Of a DNA stretch of 64,000 nucleotides, positions 34,488 to 44,723 are shown in pieces. Each line of letters opens with the position of its first letter. Position 1 is the stretch's first letter. Made by a program: the position numbers and the translations under genes. The DNA is from Clostridia bacterium. GTDB lineage: Bacteria > Bacillota > Clostridia > CAKSNL01 > HGM11501. The stretch is from positions 1,245 to 65,244 of the forward strand of contig JAZNEB010000012.1 in the NCBI GenBank assembly GCA_045588365.1, in the 5' to 3' direction. The notes beneath the pieces are model-generated. The model was not told the DNA's origin and searched no databases. It worked only from the letters and a program-made list of their open reading frames with translations.

Positions 34488-37153
34488 ATTAGCTTTTTTA
34501 CTTCGTAGGAAAATTCTTCCCCCAATGTAAATTCTAAATAGCTTAAATTTTCAATTCTTGATAATAAAGGCTCTTCCCCCGAAACATCGGCTAAAGTGAA
34601 ATATCTCACGCCATCTATGATTTTTAAGGTATTATGGTCTGATTTTGTTATTACAATAACTTTTTTATCTATGGATGAAAGATAGTCTTTTATAACCTCA
34701 TTTTCAAATGAGTCGCTGCCGAAAAGGGAATTGTCAGAGAGAATAAAAAGATAAGGTTTCCTGCTTTCTTCTACTGCGTTTTTAAGTAAATTCCAGCCAT
34801 CCTTGTGGGTTTTTCTGATACCGCCTTTTTGGGTATCAAGGGTTATGAAAAGAGCTTTGTCGCTTTCTTCTTTTTTGAAAGAAGAATTGTTTCCAAGAGT
34901 GTAAAATTGCTCATTTTGGGATAAAGCCTGATTCATTTTGCCGTCTGCAAGAATATCTATCAGGGTATCATCTTTTCCTGAAAGAGCGCCCACGTTTATT
35001 TTTTCTCCGTTTTTAACGGGGGTGGTTTTATCATCATATATGTTTTCGCTTCTGGCAGGAAAGTCTATGGGATGAGCCACATCAAAGCTTAAATTGTCAA
35101 GATATAGTGTTCCCTCGTCCTTTTCTTCATCTGATATTCCTATGGCGTAAATCCTTTTTAAGGTAAGAGGCCTTTTCGCATCCTTCGGAATACTTCCTTT
35201 AAGGGCGAAAGTTTCGTTTTCTTCAAAATCCCTGCCAAAGGAAATTCTTACTTCCTTTCCGTCGGCATCGGTTAAAAGAGCTTTTAATTCATGACCGAAA
35301 AATTTTTCCGTTCTTATATCAATCTTAATTTCATCGCAATTATCCGAAATGGTCTTTGGGTTTTCCAAAACTAAGTAGGCTGCTTTGGCGTCTTCGGTGT
35401 CCTGAGTAAAATCAAAGGAAAGCGCACCCTCATTATCTTCCGTTATGGTATAGTCTCCGCCTACATAAGCAGGATAGGAGAAAAAAGAGCCGTTTTCTTC
35501 CGTAAATTCATCAAGATAAGGAGTTTCAGCTTCGCCCGAAACAACGGAAATGAAAGATGTAGCATTATCTTTTTTTATGGAAATCACTGAAGTGCCGTTT
35601 TTTTCTGCCGTCAGCACCCCGTCCTTTACCGATACAATACCGGGATTGCTTGAGGTGATTTCAAAGGGCGATAAATTTTTGACGGGGACGAAATGCCCTT
35701 CTTTGTCAAACACATTAAAAGTAAGAGAGTGCTTTTCACCTACGTTCAGCTTTAAGCTGCCCGGGGCATCTATACCCGAAATTTTATCCACTACAAAAAT
35801 TTCTATTTCGGAAGTGATTTTACCTGATTTCGCCTTTATTCTGGAAATGCCCCCGACATCGCTCTTAAAAACTCCGTCCTTGACACTTCCTTTGCTTGCG
35901 CTATAGGTAATATCTCCGTCAATGGGTCTTAAATTTTCATCATAAAGGGCAGAAGAGAGTTTTACTTCTTCGCCTAAGAAAACAACATTTTTGTCGCTTT
36001 CCAGTAAAATGCCCTTGACCTTGGCATTTTGCTCAGCATCAAAGGTAACGCCCAGAGCATTTATAACCGCCCTTGTTTCGCTGGGGGAATTTACCTTGTG
36101 TATTTCGGAAACCCAGGGGGTGGAGGCTGCCATGTAGGTGGAGCCTCCGCCATCTAAATTAAGGGCTTTGTAGCATCCTAAATCCACCATTAAAGAGGCA
36201 AGCTCTTTCATTGAAGCTCCACGGCTTTTATCCTGTCTTCCGTTTACTGCCACAAGATAAAGTGTTTCTCCGTCCTCAGAAATGCCGATTGCGCTTCTGG
36301 GATTGTAGCCTGAAACCTCATGAGAAAAGGTTTCTTTCGCCCGTCCCTCGGAAACCAAAATAGCACCGCCCCCAAAGGCTAAATCAGCCTCGCTTATATC
36401 GGGAGTTATATAGTAGTCTATCTTTACAGGGTCTCCAACCTCAAAGTTATTTGCAAAAAACATGGAATTTCCCTCGGATACGGATAAAATATATCCGTTT
36501 TCGGGAATGGGGCAGGGAGGCATATCACGACGGAATTCGGTTAAAATCCCGTCCTCAACAACCACTTCTACCACTGCGCCCCCGGGAGCAAGAGAAAATC
36601 CTCCGTTAAAATCACCCTGATACATAAGAATTTCCCCGAAATATTCAGTGTGTTTGTTTATATGCCTTATGGGAGCAAATTCCCAGTTGGGAGCAACCAC
36701 CGCAACGGTGAAGGAAAGATAGTCTAAAAAAATTTCATTATCGGTAAGGGCGAAGGTTCCCATTGTATCGGGATAAATGGGGGACTGGAGCATCACACCG
36801 TCTTTCACTTCAATACCAAGAGAAATGGTGTTACCGCCCTTGACAGAAGAGAAAAAGTCCCCGTTTAATGCTGCAACCACATTTTCTTCGGTTTTGGCAA
36901 GATTTAATGTGGTATCCGAATAATCAAAGCCCTTTTGGGATTTTAAGAGAGAAAGTCCCACCTTGTCATTGGTAAGATCCACTGTAATAAATGAATAGCT
37001 TAAATTGTGGTCAGAATAAAAGCTTTCCCTCTTGGTGAGTGTAACACCGTCGGCTACAGGAATTATTTCTTCATATGTATAAATCTCGTTTGCCAATATA
37101 CCAAAGGGCAATAAAGATATTAAAATTATCAGGCAGAGAAGTTTTTTCATCAC
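34481..37153 (-). CDS. secreted phosphodiester glycosidase family protein (NAGPA/DUF2233-like) with Big_2 Ig-like domains
   Basis: Signal peptide MMKKLLCLIILISLL. NLDGGGSTYMA motif typical of the phosphodiester glycosidase domain. Ig-like Big_2 segments (GTSVISIKKDNATSFISVVSG). Length 890 aa. Confidence 0.6.
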   Translation of the reverse strand: MMKKLLCLIILISLLPFGILANEIYTYEEIIPVADGVTLTKRESFYSDHNLSYSFITVDLTNDKVGLSLLKSQKGFDYSDTTLNLAKTEENVVAALNGDFFSSVKGGNTISLGIEVKDGVMLQSPIYPDTMGTFALTDNEIFLDYLSFTVAVVAPNWEFAPIRHINKHTEYFGEILMYQGDFNGGFSLAPGGAVVEVVVEDGILTEFRRDMPPCPIPENGYILSVSEGNSMFFANNFEVGDPVKIDYYITPDISEADLAFGGGAILVSEGRAKETFSHEVSGYNPRSAIGISEDGETLYLVAVNGRQDKSRGASMKELASLMVDLGCYKALNLDGGGSTYMAASTPWVSEIHKVNSPSETRAVINALGVTFDAEQNAKVKGILLESDKNVVFLGEEVKLSSALYDENLRPIDGDITYSASKGSVKDGVFKSDVGGISRIKAKSGKITSEIEIFVVDKISGIDAPGSLKLNVGEKHSLTFNVFDKEGHFVPVKNLSPFEITSSNPGIVSVKDGVLTAEKNGTSVISIKKDNATSFISVVSGEAETPYLDEFTEENGSFFSYPAYVGGDYTITEDNEGALSFDFTQDTEDAKAAYLVLENPKTISDNCDEIKIDIRTEKFFGHELKALLTDADGKEVRISFGRDFEENETFALKGSIPKDAKRPLTLKRIYAIGISDEEKDEGTLYLDNLSFDVAHPIDFPARSENIYDDKTTPVKNGEKINVGALSGKDDTLIDILADGKMNQALSQNEQFYTLGNNSSFKKEESDKALFITLDTQKGGIRKTHKDGWNLLKNAVEESRKPYLFILSDNSLFGSDSFENEVIKDYLSSIDKKVIVITKSDHNTLKIIDGVRYFTLADVSGEEPLLSRIENLSYLEFTLGEEFSYEVKKLIK

Positions 37154-37273
37154 GCTAAATCCTTTCTTTCGGTATAATTATATTTTAATATATAAAGCTC
37201 TTCTTTGCAATAAAAAAATAAAGGAAATGATTGACTATTTTTTCTTTATAGTATAAAATATAATAGGTATATT

Positions 37274-38779
37274 TTGAAGAAGGGAATGATAACCTTGCTG
37301 GGAGCTTCGTATATAATGGTGGTTGCCGGAATTATATTGGCAAAGGGACTTGGCTTTTTCAGAGATATGGTTTTCGCAGGAGCTTTCGGGACAGGCATTC
37401 ATGCGGATATCTATTCACAGGTGTTCGGCCTTGTAAACCTCATTTTTACAGGTATTGGCGTGGCGCTGTCCACTTTGGTTATAAAAAACTTAAATAAGGC
37501 TGAAAATAAGGACAGGGAAAGGTCTTATGCAGCTTCTTTTTTGAGAAAAAGCATATTCTGGCTTTTTATTGCATCTTTGATGGTGGTAATACTTGCAAAA
37601 CCCTTGGTTTCACTGGTATTGCCAAACCTTTCGGGAGAGGATTTTTCTCTTGCGGTTAAGATGATGTATATAATGGCTCCATCATTGATTTTTGTGGTTG
37701 TAGCCTATATAATTTCAGGACTTTTGCAAAATAAAAGGGTGTACTTCATAACCTCAATTATGAGCCTTCCTTTCAATGTGGCAATTATATTTTCGCTAAA
37801 GATGGAAAATGTATCCATAATGACTGTGGCGCTGGTTACCACTATCGGATGGTTTTTGCATATTGTAATTCAGCTTCCTGCCTTTTATAAAAAAGGATAT
37901 GCCTTTTTTGTAAAAGAGGAAAAGAGCCTTTCTGACAAGGCTAAAAATCCTGAAATCCTCTGGATATTTATATCCAACATGATGTTTCAGTTTTGTATAT
38001 ATGTAGACAGAGCTTTTGTGGGAAATGCATCTGCCTTTAACTATGCATCAAACCTTTTTATAACAATTTCAAGTGTATTTGTTGTTGCTATGTCAACAGT
38101 GGTTTTTCCTGCAATATCCAAAAACTACGAAGAGGGAAAAATCTATTATGTAAACGAACTGGTGAGATATATAATTACCATTATGGCGGCAATTTTCCTG
38201 CCTTACCTTTTGGTGGTATCCTTATTCGGTGAAGATGTGATACGTCTGGTTTATGAAAGAGGGGCTTTTACGGGCGAATCCACGAAGGCAGTTTCCCGTA
38301 TGTTTCTGGTATATAGCTTCGGTGTTCTGGGCTATGTAGCACAGGAGCTTTTTAATAAAATTTTATACCTTGCGGGAAAATATAAGTACACGGTTTTTGG
38401 AACTGCTTTTGTGGTTATTTCCAATGCTTTGATAAATTTCGGTATCGGTCTTCTTCCCGAAGCTTATCCGAAGCCCGTTCTTACGGCTCTTTCCACCACG
38501 GTTTTACTTACACTGTATGCAGTGTTCATTTCTTTCGGCATAAAAAAGGTTGTGGGGAAATTTTTCACCAAAGGTCTTATATCAGACCTTGTTAAAATCC
38601 TGGTATCGGGATTTTTCGCACTTATAGTATATTTCCTTATAAATTCGTGGAATAAAGATTTTACCCACGGCTATCGTTCGTTTATAATTCCGCTGGCACT
38701 TTGCGGAGCAGTATATGTTGTATCTCTTTTATTAACAGGTGTTTTGGGCCGTCTTCTTAAGAGAGAAAGGGAGGAATAA
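37274..38779 (+). CDS. murJ: lipid II flippase MurJ
   Basis: MviN/MurJ N-terminus (GLGFFRDMVFAGAFGTG) and 14 TM helices. The start is ambiguous (TTG 37274 or ATG 37286). Confidence 0.85.
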   Translation: MKKGMITLLGASYIMVVAGIILAKGLGFFRDMVFAGAFGTGIHADIYSQVFGLVNLIFTGIGVALSTLVIKNLNKAENKDRERSYAASFLRKSIFWLFIASLMVVILAKPLVSLVLPNLSGEDFSLAVKMMYIMAPSLIFVVVAYIISGLLQNKRVYFITSIMSLPFNVAIIFSLKMENVSIMTVALVTTIGWFLHIVIQLPAFYKKGYAFFVKEEKSLSDKAKNPEILWIFISNMMFQFCIYVDRAFVGNASAFNYASNLFITISSVFVVAMSTVVFPAISKNYEEGKIYYVNELVRYIITIMAAIFLPYLLVVSLFGEDVIRLVYERGAFTGESTKAVSRMFLVYSFGVLGYVAQELFNKILYLAGKYKYTVFGTAFVVISNALINFGIGLLPEAYPKPVLTALSTTVLLTLYAVFISFGIKKVVGKFFTKGLISDLVKILVSGFFALIVYFLINSWNKDFTHGYRSFIIPLALCGAVYVVSLLLTGVLGRLLKREREE

Positions 38780-38780
38780 A

Positions 38781-40859
38781 ATGAGAAAATTTACAGAAAA
38801 AGTCTTACCCTGGATTTTGACTATAGTTTTATTTATAGGTTTAATTCCCTCGGTTATTACGAGAGTGAAAAATGAACAGGCCAATAAAAATGTTGCAATA
38901 TCCTTGCTCTATAACGATATAAGAAACAAGGTTTCTTCAAGAAAGCTTGAAAATGCGCTGGAGGAATATAAAAAGCTCGGTGTAAATAAAGTAACCATCA
39001 TGGAGGACGACGTAAATGCCCTTGTTGCAAGGGGCGAGGTTACCTGCATCAAATACAACGTGCTTTGTCATAAGTATGATGACGAAAGCATGGAAATTGC
39101 TGATATTATAAAGAAAAACCACCCCGAGGTGGCGTATGACTCCTATCTTGTAATGGTTAAAAAGCCCGAGGTAAGAGAAAAAGTCGGCAGTATGATTCCC
39201 AGAAAGTTCGGCAAAGAGGATTATGTAAAGATAAGCGGTATTGACGAAATGGACATATATGCCTTCTTAAACGGAAGAGAGGATTTATGGAATATCTCTC
39301 TGGGCTTTGACGAAAAAGTAATAGCTGACCTTTATGAAAAAGGCTTTGAAATTGTTTTAAGCTACAAGATGAGAAACTACGAAAATCTTTCCTATCTTGA
39401 AGATATAAGAAAAATTGCAAAAGAATACGACGTTAAATATTTCAACCTTAAGGAAGCGGCAAAAAGAGATAAGAAGGACGAGGAAATAAAGGAAGAAAAC
39501 TACGAAGAAATTGCAAAAATAATAAAAGAGCTTGATATGACTTTGGTTGTTACGGAAAACGTAAATCAGCTTTCAAATCAGAAGGGCTTTGGCTATGATT
39601 ATGTCTATAACCAGGTAATAAAAGACGGTGAGGGTAAGGTTTTGCGCTCCTATGAAACCTACGACGAGTCCCAGGCTGATGAGACTTATTATTTATACAG
39701 GACAAATCAGTTCTTTAATTCAACCATGGACAGAAATATCCGCTTTATAACGGTAACACAGATAGCTCCCTTGGGCATTACTTATGACGATGGTGTTGAT
39801 TATACATTAAAGGCGTTGGGGAAATATATTGACGATATAAAAGCTTCGGGCTTTACCGTAAACGGAGAGGAAAACGCCTTTAGCTATAAAGTAAATCCCA
39901 AATTCAATGCAGGAATTGCTGCAGCTATAATCATTATGCTCATGTATCTGGCACTTTATCTTATCAGAAAAAAGACAAGCCTTGGTTTATTTGTTGCAGC
40001 CCTGGTTTTATCCCTTCTTGCATTTTTGGGAACATATATAATTCCCGATACATTAAGAAGTCTTTATCCCACAGTTTTCTGTGTTGCGGTATCCTCTTTT
40101 GCCATGACACTGGTGATGAGATTTGTAAAAGACTGTGCGCATAAATTAAACACCATTGTGCTTACTGTAGCAGCGGTTTTAATTATGGTAGCTGTGCTTT
40201 CTTTGGGAGTACTCGGAATGTGCTCGCTCCTTTCGGGAATAGATTATTATATTAACAACCTGATTTTCAGAGGTATAAAGATAACACTGATGCTTCCCCT
40301 CTTATATACAGCGGCAGTATATTACTTCATGTTCTTAAAGGAAGACAAAAAGAATATCTTTAATGACCTTGGAAAAATGCTTAATGCAAATATAAAGGTT
40401 TACTGGGTTATCTTGGGCGGAATTATAGGGGCGATAGGACTTTACTACATCATAAGAAGCGGAAATGTAAATTCCATAAGCTCCCTTGAGCTTGCAATGA
40501 GAAACGCCATAACAGAGACATTTCCCGCACGTCCCAGAACCAAGGAATTTTTAATAGGATATCCCTCGTTGGTTCTTTTCTGCTATTATGTAAAAAACAC
40601 AAGGATTGATTTATTCAAATGGATTTTCGCCATTGGAGCATCTATTCTGGCGGCATCTGTTACCAACACCTTCTGTCATGTATTTACCGATGTTTCGGTT
40701 ATGTATATGAGAGTAGTGAACGGTCTTTTAATCGGTTTTATCGTGTCTTTATTTGTGTTCGTGGGAAATCTGGCACTGGTAAGGATTTATAAGCTTCTGA
40801 CCGAAAAATACCGCCTGCACGAAAAACTTGGATTTTCCAAAGATACGGAGATGAAATAA
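38781..40859 (+). CDS. DUF5693 family membrane protein (commonly encoded next to csaB)
   Basis: N-terminal TM, a large extracytoplasmic domain, and a C-terminal block of about 10 TM helices. Start at 38781 is preferred because of the perfect RBS agggagg 6 nt upstream. Confidence 0.5.
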   Translation: MRKFTEKVLPWILTIVLFIGLIPSVITRVKNEQANKNVAISLLYNDIRNKVSSRKLENALEEYKKLGVNKVTIMEDDVNALVARGEVTCIKYNVLCHKYDDESMEIADIIKKNHPEVAYDSYLVMVKKPEVREKVGSMIPRKFGKEDYVKISGIDEMDIYAFLNGREDLWNISLGFDEKVIADLYEKGFEIVLSYKMRNYENLSYLEDIRKIAKEYDVKYFNLKEAAKRDKKDEEIKEENYEEIAKIIKELDMTLVVTENVNQLSNQKGFGYDYVYNQVIKDGEGKVLRSYETYDESQADETYYLYRTNQFFNSTMDRNIRFITVTQIAPLGITYDDGVDYTLKALGKYIDDIKASGFTVNGEENAFSYKVNPKFNAGIAAAIIIMLMYLALYLIRKKTSLGLFVAALVLSLLAFLGTYIIPDTLRSLYPTVFCVAVSSFAMTLVMRFVKDCAHKLNTIVLTVAAVLIMVAVLSLGVLGMCSLLSGIDYYINNLIFRGIKITLMLPLLYTAAVYYFMFLKEDKKNIFNDLGKMLNANIKVYWVILGGIIGAIGLYYIIRSGNVNSISSLELAMRNAITETFPARPRTKEFLIGYPSLVLFCYYVKNTRIDLFKWIFAIGASILAASVTNTFCHVFTDVSVMYMRVVNGLLIGFIVSLFVFVGNLALVRIYKLLTEKYRLHEKLGFSKDTEMK

Positions 40860-41953
40860 TGGCAGATATTGTAATATCGGGGTATCACGGATTCGCAAAC
40901 AGCGGAGATGAAGCACTTTTGTATGCGATACTTGAAGCGCTCCGTAAAAAAAAGCCTGATATAGATGTAACCGTGCTTTCCAAAATACCGGAAGAAACCG
41001 CCAGGGTTTACGGAGTCAAATCCATAAACCGATATAATTATTTCAAGATAAAAAAAGAAATGAAAAGCTCGAAGATGCTTCTTTTCGGAGGCGGAAGTCT
41101 GCTTCAGGATGTTACAAGCAGTAAAAGTCTTAAGTATTATCTTGGAATTATATCCCTTGCCAAAAGGTGCAAAATAAAGACTATGCTCTATGCCAACGGA
41201 ATAGGACCCATCGTAAGAAAAGGGAACAGGTTTTTGGCATCTAAAATATTAAACGGCGTGGATGTAATTACCTTAAGGGACGATAATTCGGATGAAGAGC
41301 TTAAAAGGCTTTCCGTTACAAAGCCTGAGATAAAAATTACGGCAGACCCGGCATTTACCATAGATACCGACCTTTCCCTTTCGGGGGACTACTTTAAGCA
41401 GAGAGCGGGAGTGCCAAAGGACGCCCGTGTCGCCGTTATATCCATAAGGGAGTGGAAATCTTCTTCTCCCGACTTTGTGAAAATCATGGCATCTCTTTGC
41501 GACTATCTTGTGGAGAAATACGGGATTTATCCCTTGTTTGTACCCATGCAGTACCCTCATGATACGGTTATTTCGGAAAGAATAATGAAAGAAATGAAAA
41601 AGGACTCCTTTATAATAAACCGTGAACTTTCAGTTCCCGAAATGTTTTCGGTTCTTTCAGAGTCTGAGCTTATTATAGGAATGAGACTTCATTCGCTTAT
41701 TTATGCAACAACTCTGGAAATCCCCGTAATGGCACTGGTGTACGACCCTAAAATAAGTGCATTTATGGAGTCCTTAAGCCAGCCTGACTGGATTGATGTG
41801 GAAAATATAACACTCCAACACGCAAAAGAGGTTTTGGACCTGATAGTAACAGAAAGGGAAGAAAGAAAAGAAAAACTGCACAAAACCAATGCTCTTTTAA
41901 GAAAAAAGGCAGAGGAAAATGCAGAATTTGCCATAAAATTATTGTCAGATTGA
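40859..41953 (+). CDS. csaB: polysaccharide pyruvyl transferase CsaB
   Basis: N-terminus ISGYHGFANSGDEALL, characteristic of CsaB/PS_pyruv_trans. Overlaps the upstream stop (TAATG). Confidence 0.8.
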   Translation: MADIVISGYHGFANSGDEALLYAILEALRKKKPDIDVTVLSKIPEETARVYGVKSINRYNYFKIKKEMKSSKMLLFGGGSLLQDVTSSKSLKYYLGIISLAKRCKIKTMLYANGIGPIVRKGNRFLASKILNGVDVITLRDDNSDEELKRLSVTKPEIKITADPAFTIDTDLSLSGDYFKQRAGVPKDARVAVISIREWKSSSPDFVKIMASLCDYLVEKYGIYPLFVPMQYPHDTVISERIMKEMKKDSFIINRELSVPEMFSVLSESELIIGMRLHSLIYATTLEIPVMALVYDPKISAFMESLSQPDWIDVENITLQHAKEVLDLIVTEREERKEKLHKTNALLRKKAEENAEFAIKLLSD

Positions 41954-42023
41954 GTTTGTTATGTTATACTTTTTAAGTAATGTATAATTAGAATGAATTA
42001 TTAGGAGAAAAGGAGATTAGTAA

Positions 42024-43781
42024 ATGACGATTTTTAATGTACTTACATTGCTTGGCGGTCTTGCCCTTTTCCTTTACGGAATGGACGTAATGGGGGACGG
42101 ACTTAAAAAGCTGGCAGGGGGAAAACTTGAAATTATTTTAAGAAAGCTTACCTCAAATCCCTTGAAAGGCTTTTTACTTGGGTTTGCAGTTACGGCGATA
42201 ATTCAGTCCTCATCGGCAACAACCGTTATGCTTGTAGGCTTTGTTAATTCGGGAATAATGACCCTTGGTCAGACCATCGGTATAATAATGGGCTCTAACG
42301 TAGGAACAACCGTTACTGCATGGCTCTTAAGTACCACGGGAATAAAGGGGACAGGCTGGCTTGAACTTTTAAAGCCTTCATCCTTCACTCCCGTACTTGC
42401 AATTATCGGTGTTATTTTAATAATGTTTGCAAAGTCCGATAAAAAGAAAAATGTGGCGTCAATTCTCTTGGGTTTTGCGGTACTTATGTTCGGTATGGAG
42501 GCTATGAGCGGAGCAGTATCCGGACTTAAAGACAGCGATTCCTTTAAGCATATGCTCATTATGTTTGAAAACCCCTTGATGGGTATCTTGGTAGGAACCT
42601 TACTTACAGCTGTTATCCAGTCATCATCTGCATCTGTGGGTATTTTGCAGGCTTTATCCATAACGGGAACAATTCCCTTTGCTACGGCAATTCCCATTAT
42701 TTTAGGTCAGAATATAGGTACTACAATAACTCCCATTTTATCAGCTTTATCAGGTAACAGAGATTCGAAAAGAGTGGCATTTACCTGCGTATTCATAAAA
42801 TTCCTTGGGGTAATTGTGGTTGCTCCCGTATTTTATATAATGCATGCATTTATGAATTTTACCTTTATGCATGAAATGATTGATCCTATGTGGATAGCTA
42901 TTATTCACACAGGCTTCAATATATTAAGCACAGTAATTTTAATTCCCTTTGTAAAAGCCATAGAAAAAGTTGCATTAAGTGTTATAAAGGGCAAAAAGCA
43001 GAAAGAGGAAAAGGACGAAACCTTCGCTCATCTGGACGAAAGATTTTTGTCAATTCCCTCATTTGCTATTGATAACAGCCGTCATCTTGTATGCGATATG
43101 GCGCTTTTGGCACAGAGAGCATTTGAAGATGCAATAGCTCTTACCAAAAACTATGATAAGAAGTTAATCGAAGAAATTGAAAAGAAAGAAAAAGAAGTTG
43201 ACAGATACGAAGATAAAATCAGCTCCTATCTTGTAAAGGTTTCGGGTGTTAATTTATCCGCAAAGGACAGCCGAGAGGTAACGGAACTTCTCCACTGTAT
43301 AGGAGATATCGAAAGAATATCCGACCATGCATTGAACATTGCAGAGGCGGCAACTGAAATGCACGAAAAGGAAATGGAATTTTCTGATGCGGCAAAGAAG
43401 GATATGGAAGTTATCTCAACTGCCACCAACGAAATTTTAATACTTGCAGTTCAGGCTCTTTTGCAGAACAACTTAGAAATCGCCAAAAAGGTTGAACCCT
43501 TGGAGCAGGTAATAGACGGACTTAAGCGCCACATAAAGAACAATCACATCAAACGTCTTAAAGAGGGTAACTGCACTGTTGAATACGGCTTTGTATTATC
43601 TGACCTTCTTACAAATTACGAAAGAATATCAGACCACTGCTCAAATATTGCGGTTTGTCTTCTTGAAATTGCCGAGGGTGCTTTGGATACTCACGAATAT
43701 TTAAGCCACGTTAAAAAAGACGGCGAAAACGAATTTTTCAGTCTGTTCGAAGAGTATAAAACAAAATATAGTCTTGAATAA
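42024..43781 (+). CDS. Na/Pi cotransporter family protein with C-terminal PhoU-like domains
   Basis: Duplicated QSSSATTVM / QSSSASVGI motifs of the Na/Pi-cotransporter II family, and PhoU-like repeats at the C-terminus. Confidence 0.85.
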   Translation: MTIFNVLTLLGGLALFLYGMDVMGDGLKKLAGGKLEIILRKLTSNPLKGFLLGFAVTAIIQSSSATTVMLVGFVNSGIMTLGQTIGIIMGSNVGTTVTAWLLSTTGIKGTGWLELLKPSSFTPVLAIIGVILIMFAKSDKKKNVASILLGFAVLMFGMEAMSGAVSGLKDSDSFKHMLIMFENPLMGILVGTLLTAVIQSSSASVGILQALSITGTIPFATAIPIILGQNIGTTITPILSALSGNRDSKRVAFTCVFIKFLGVIVVAPVFYIMHAFMNFTFMHEMIDPMWIAIIHTGFNILSTVILIPFVKAIEKVALSVIKGKKQKEEKDETFAHLDERFLSIPSFAIDNSRHLVCDMALLAQRAFEDAIALTKNYDKKLIEEIEKKEKEVDRYEDKISSYLVKVSGVNLSAKDSREVTELLHCIGDIERISDHALNIAEAATEMHEKEMEFSDAAKKDMEVISTATNEILILAVQALLQNNLEIAKKVEPLEQVIDGLKRHIKNNHIKRLKEGNCTVEYGFVLSDLLTNYERISDHCSNIAVCLLEIAEGALDTHEYLSHVKKDGENEFFSLFEEYKTKYSLE

Positions 43782-43786
43782 TGAAA

Positions 43787-43818
43787 AACGGTTATCGTAT
43801 AAAACGATAACCGTTTTT
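43787..43818. terminator. bidirectional terminator between the Na/Pi cotransporter (+) and ispE (-)
   Basis: aacggttatcg-tataaaa-cgataaccgttttttt. Confidence 0.75.
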
Positions 43819-44670
43819 TTATATCAGCCTGGCTTTAATTGCCCTTATTTTTTCGAAATTCAATTTTTCGCACACCTCGTCGGCTTTACTCATCTTGTCA
43901 AAAAGTCCGTAGACAGAGGAGCCGCTTCCACTCATAAGTGCCCCAAACGCCCCTTCGGTTAAAAGCCTTTCTTTAAGATAAGAAATCTCGGGTCTTAAAT
44001 TTACGGCAGGAGGCTCAAAGGCATTGTAAAGACCTTTAGCAACATCTTTGAGTGAGTTTTTTTTCAGTGCATTTATTGTGTTTTTAAGGTCAGGAGCCTC
44101 TGCCTTTTCCTCCTTGTCATAAAGCTCGTACATAATTTTTGTATTAAGTGAAAATTTGGGGCTTATAATAACCGCAAAAGCGCAGTACAAGGCGGGGAGA
44201 GGAGTTAAAATTTCACCGATTCCCTCACAAAGGGCACAACCCTTTTTCAGAAGAAAGGGCATATCTGCACTTAAGGATGCGGCTATGGATAAAAGCTGTT
44301 CTTCTGAAAATGGCTTTCCGAAAAGATAGTTAAGACCGGAAAGGACAGCTCCTCCGTCGGTGCTTGAGCCACCAAGCCCGCCGCCGATGGGAATTCTTTT
44401 TCTTATATTTATTGTAACCCCACGGTTTTCATTTATTTCTTCCAAAAACTTTTTAGCTGCTTTATAGGCAATATTTCGCTCATCTTTCGGGATATAGGGA
44501 TTATTTGAGGTTATTACGATGTCTTTTTTGTCCGTTAAAGAAAGGTCCAAGCTGTCATGCAAATCAAGGGTATGCATAACGGTGGATATATTGTGATACC
44601 CGTCAGGGCGTTTTCCTAAAATATCCAAAAAAAGATTTACTTTTGCATTCGCCGAAACTGTAATGTTCAA
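43819..44670 (-). CDS. ispE: 4-(cytidine 5'-diphospho)-2-C-methyl-D-erythritol kinase
   Basis: GHMP kinase motifs (KVNLFLDILGKRPDGYH, PIGGGLGGSS). Apparent TTG start. Confidence 0.88.
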   Translation of the reverse strand: MNITVSANAKVNLFLDILGKRPDGYHNISTVMHTLDLHDSLDLSLTDKKDIVITSNNPYIPKDERNIAYKAAKKFLEEINENRGVTINIRKRIPIGGGLGGSSTDGGAVLSGLNYLFGKPFSEEQLLSIAASLSADMPFLLKKGCALCEGIGEILTPLPALYCAFAVIISPKFSLNTKIMYELYDKEEKAEAPDLKNTINALKKNSLKDVAKGLYNAFEPPAVNLRPEISYLKERLLTEGAFGALMSGSGSSVYGLFDKMSKADEVCEKLNFEKIRAIKARLI

Positions 44671-44723
44671 AAAAATCCCTCCCTCTGTTTAAGGATAACA
44701 CAGGGAGGAATTTTTGTCAATTA

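Noticed and set aside
38739-38780. Start of the DUF5693 gene at 38739 overlapping murJ by 40 nt
   Set aside because: The ATG at 38781 is preceded by a perfect agggagg RBS at ideal spacing. The upstream extension has no RBS and would overlap the murJ C-terminus.
42269-42697. Minus-strand 142-aa ORF inside the Na/Pi cotransporter gene
   Set aside because: It is antisense to a conserved transporter frame and has no start signals. It is a shadow ORF.
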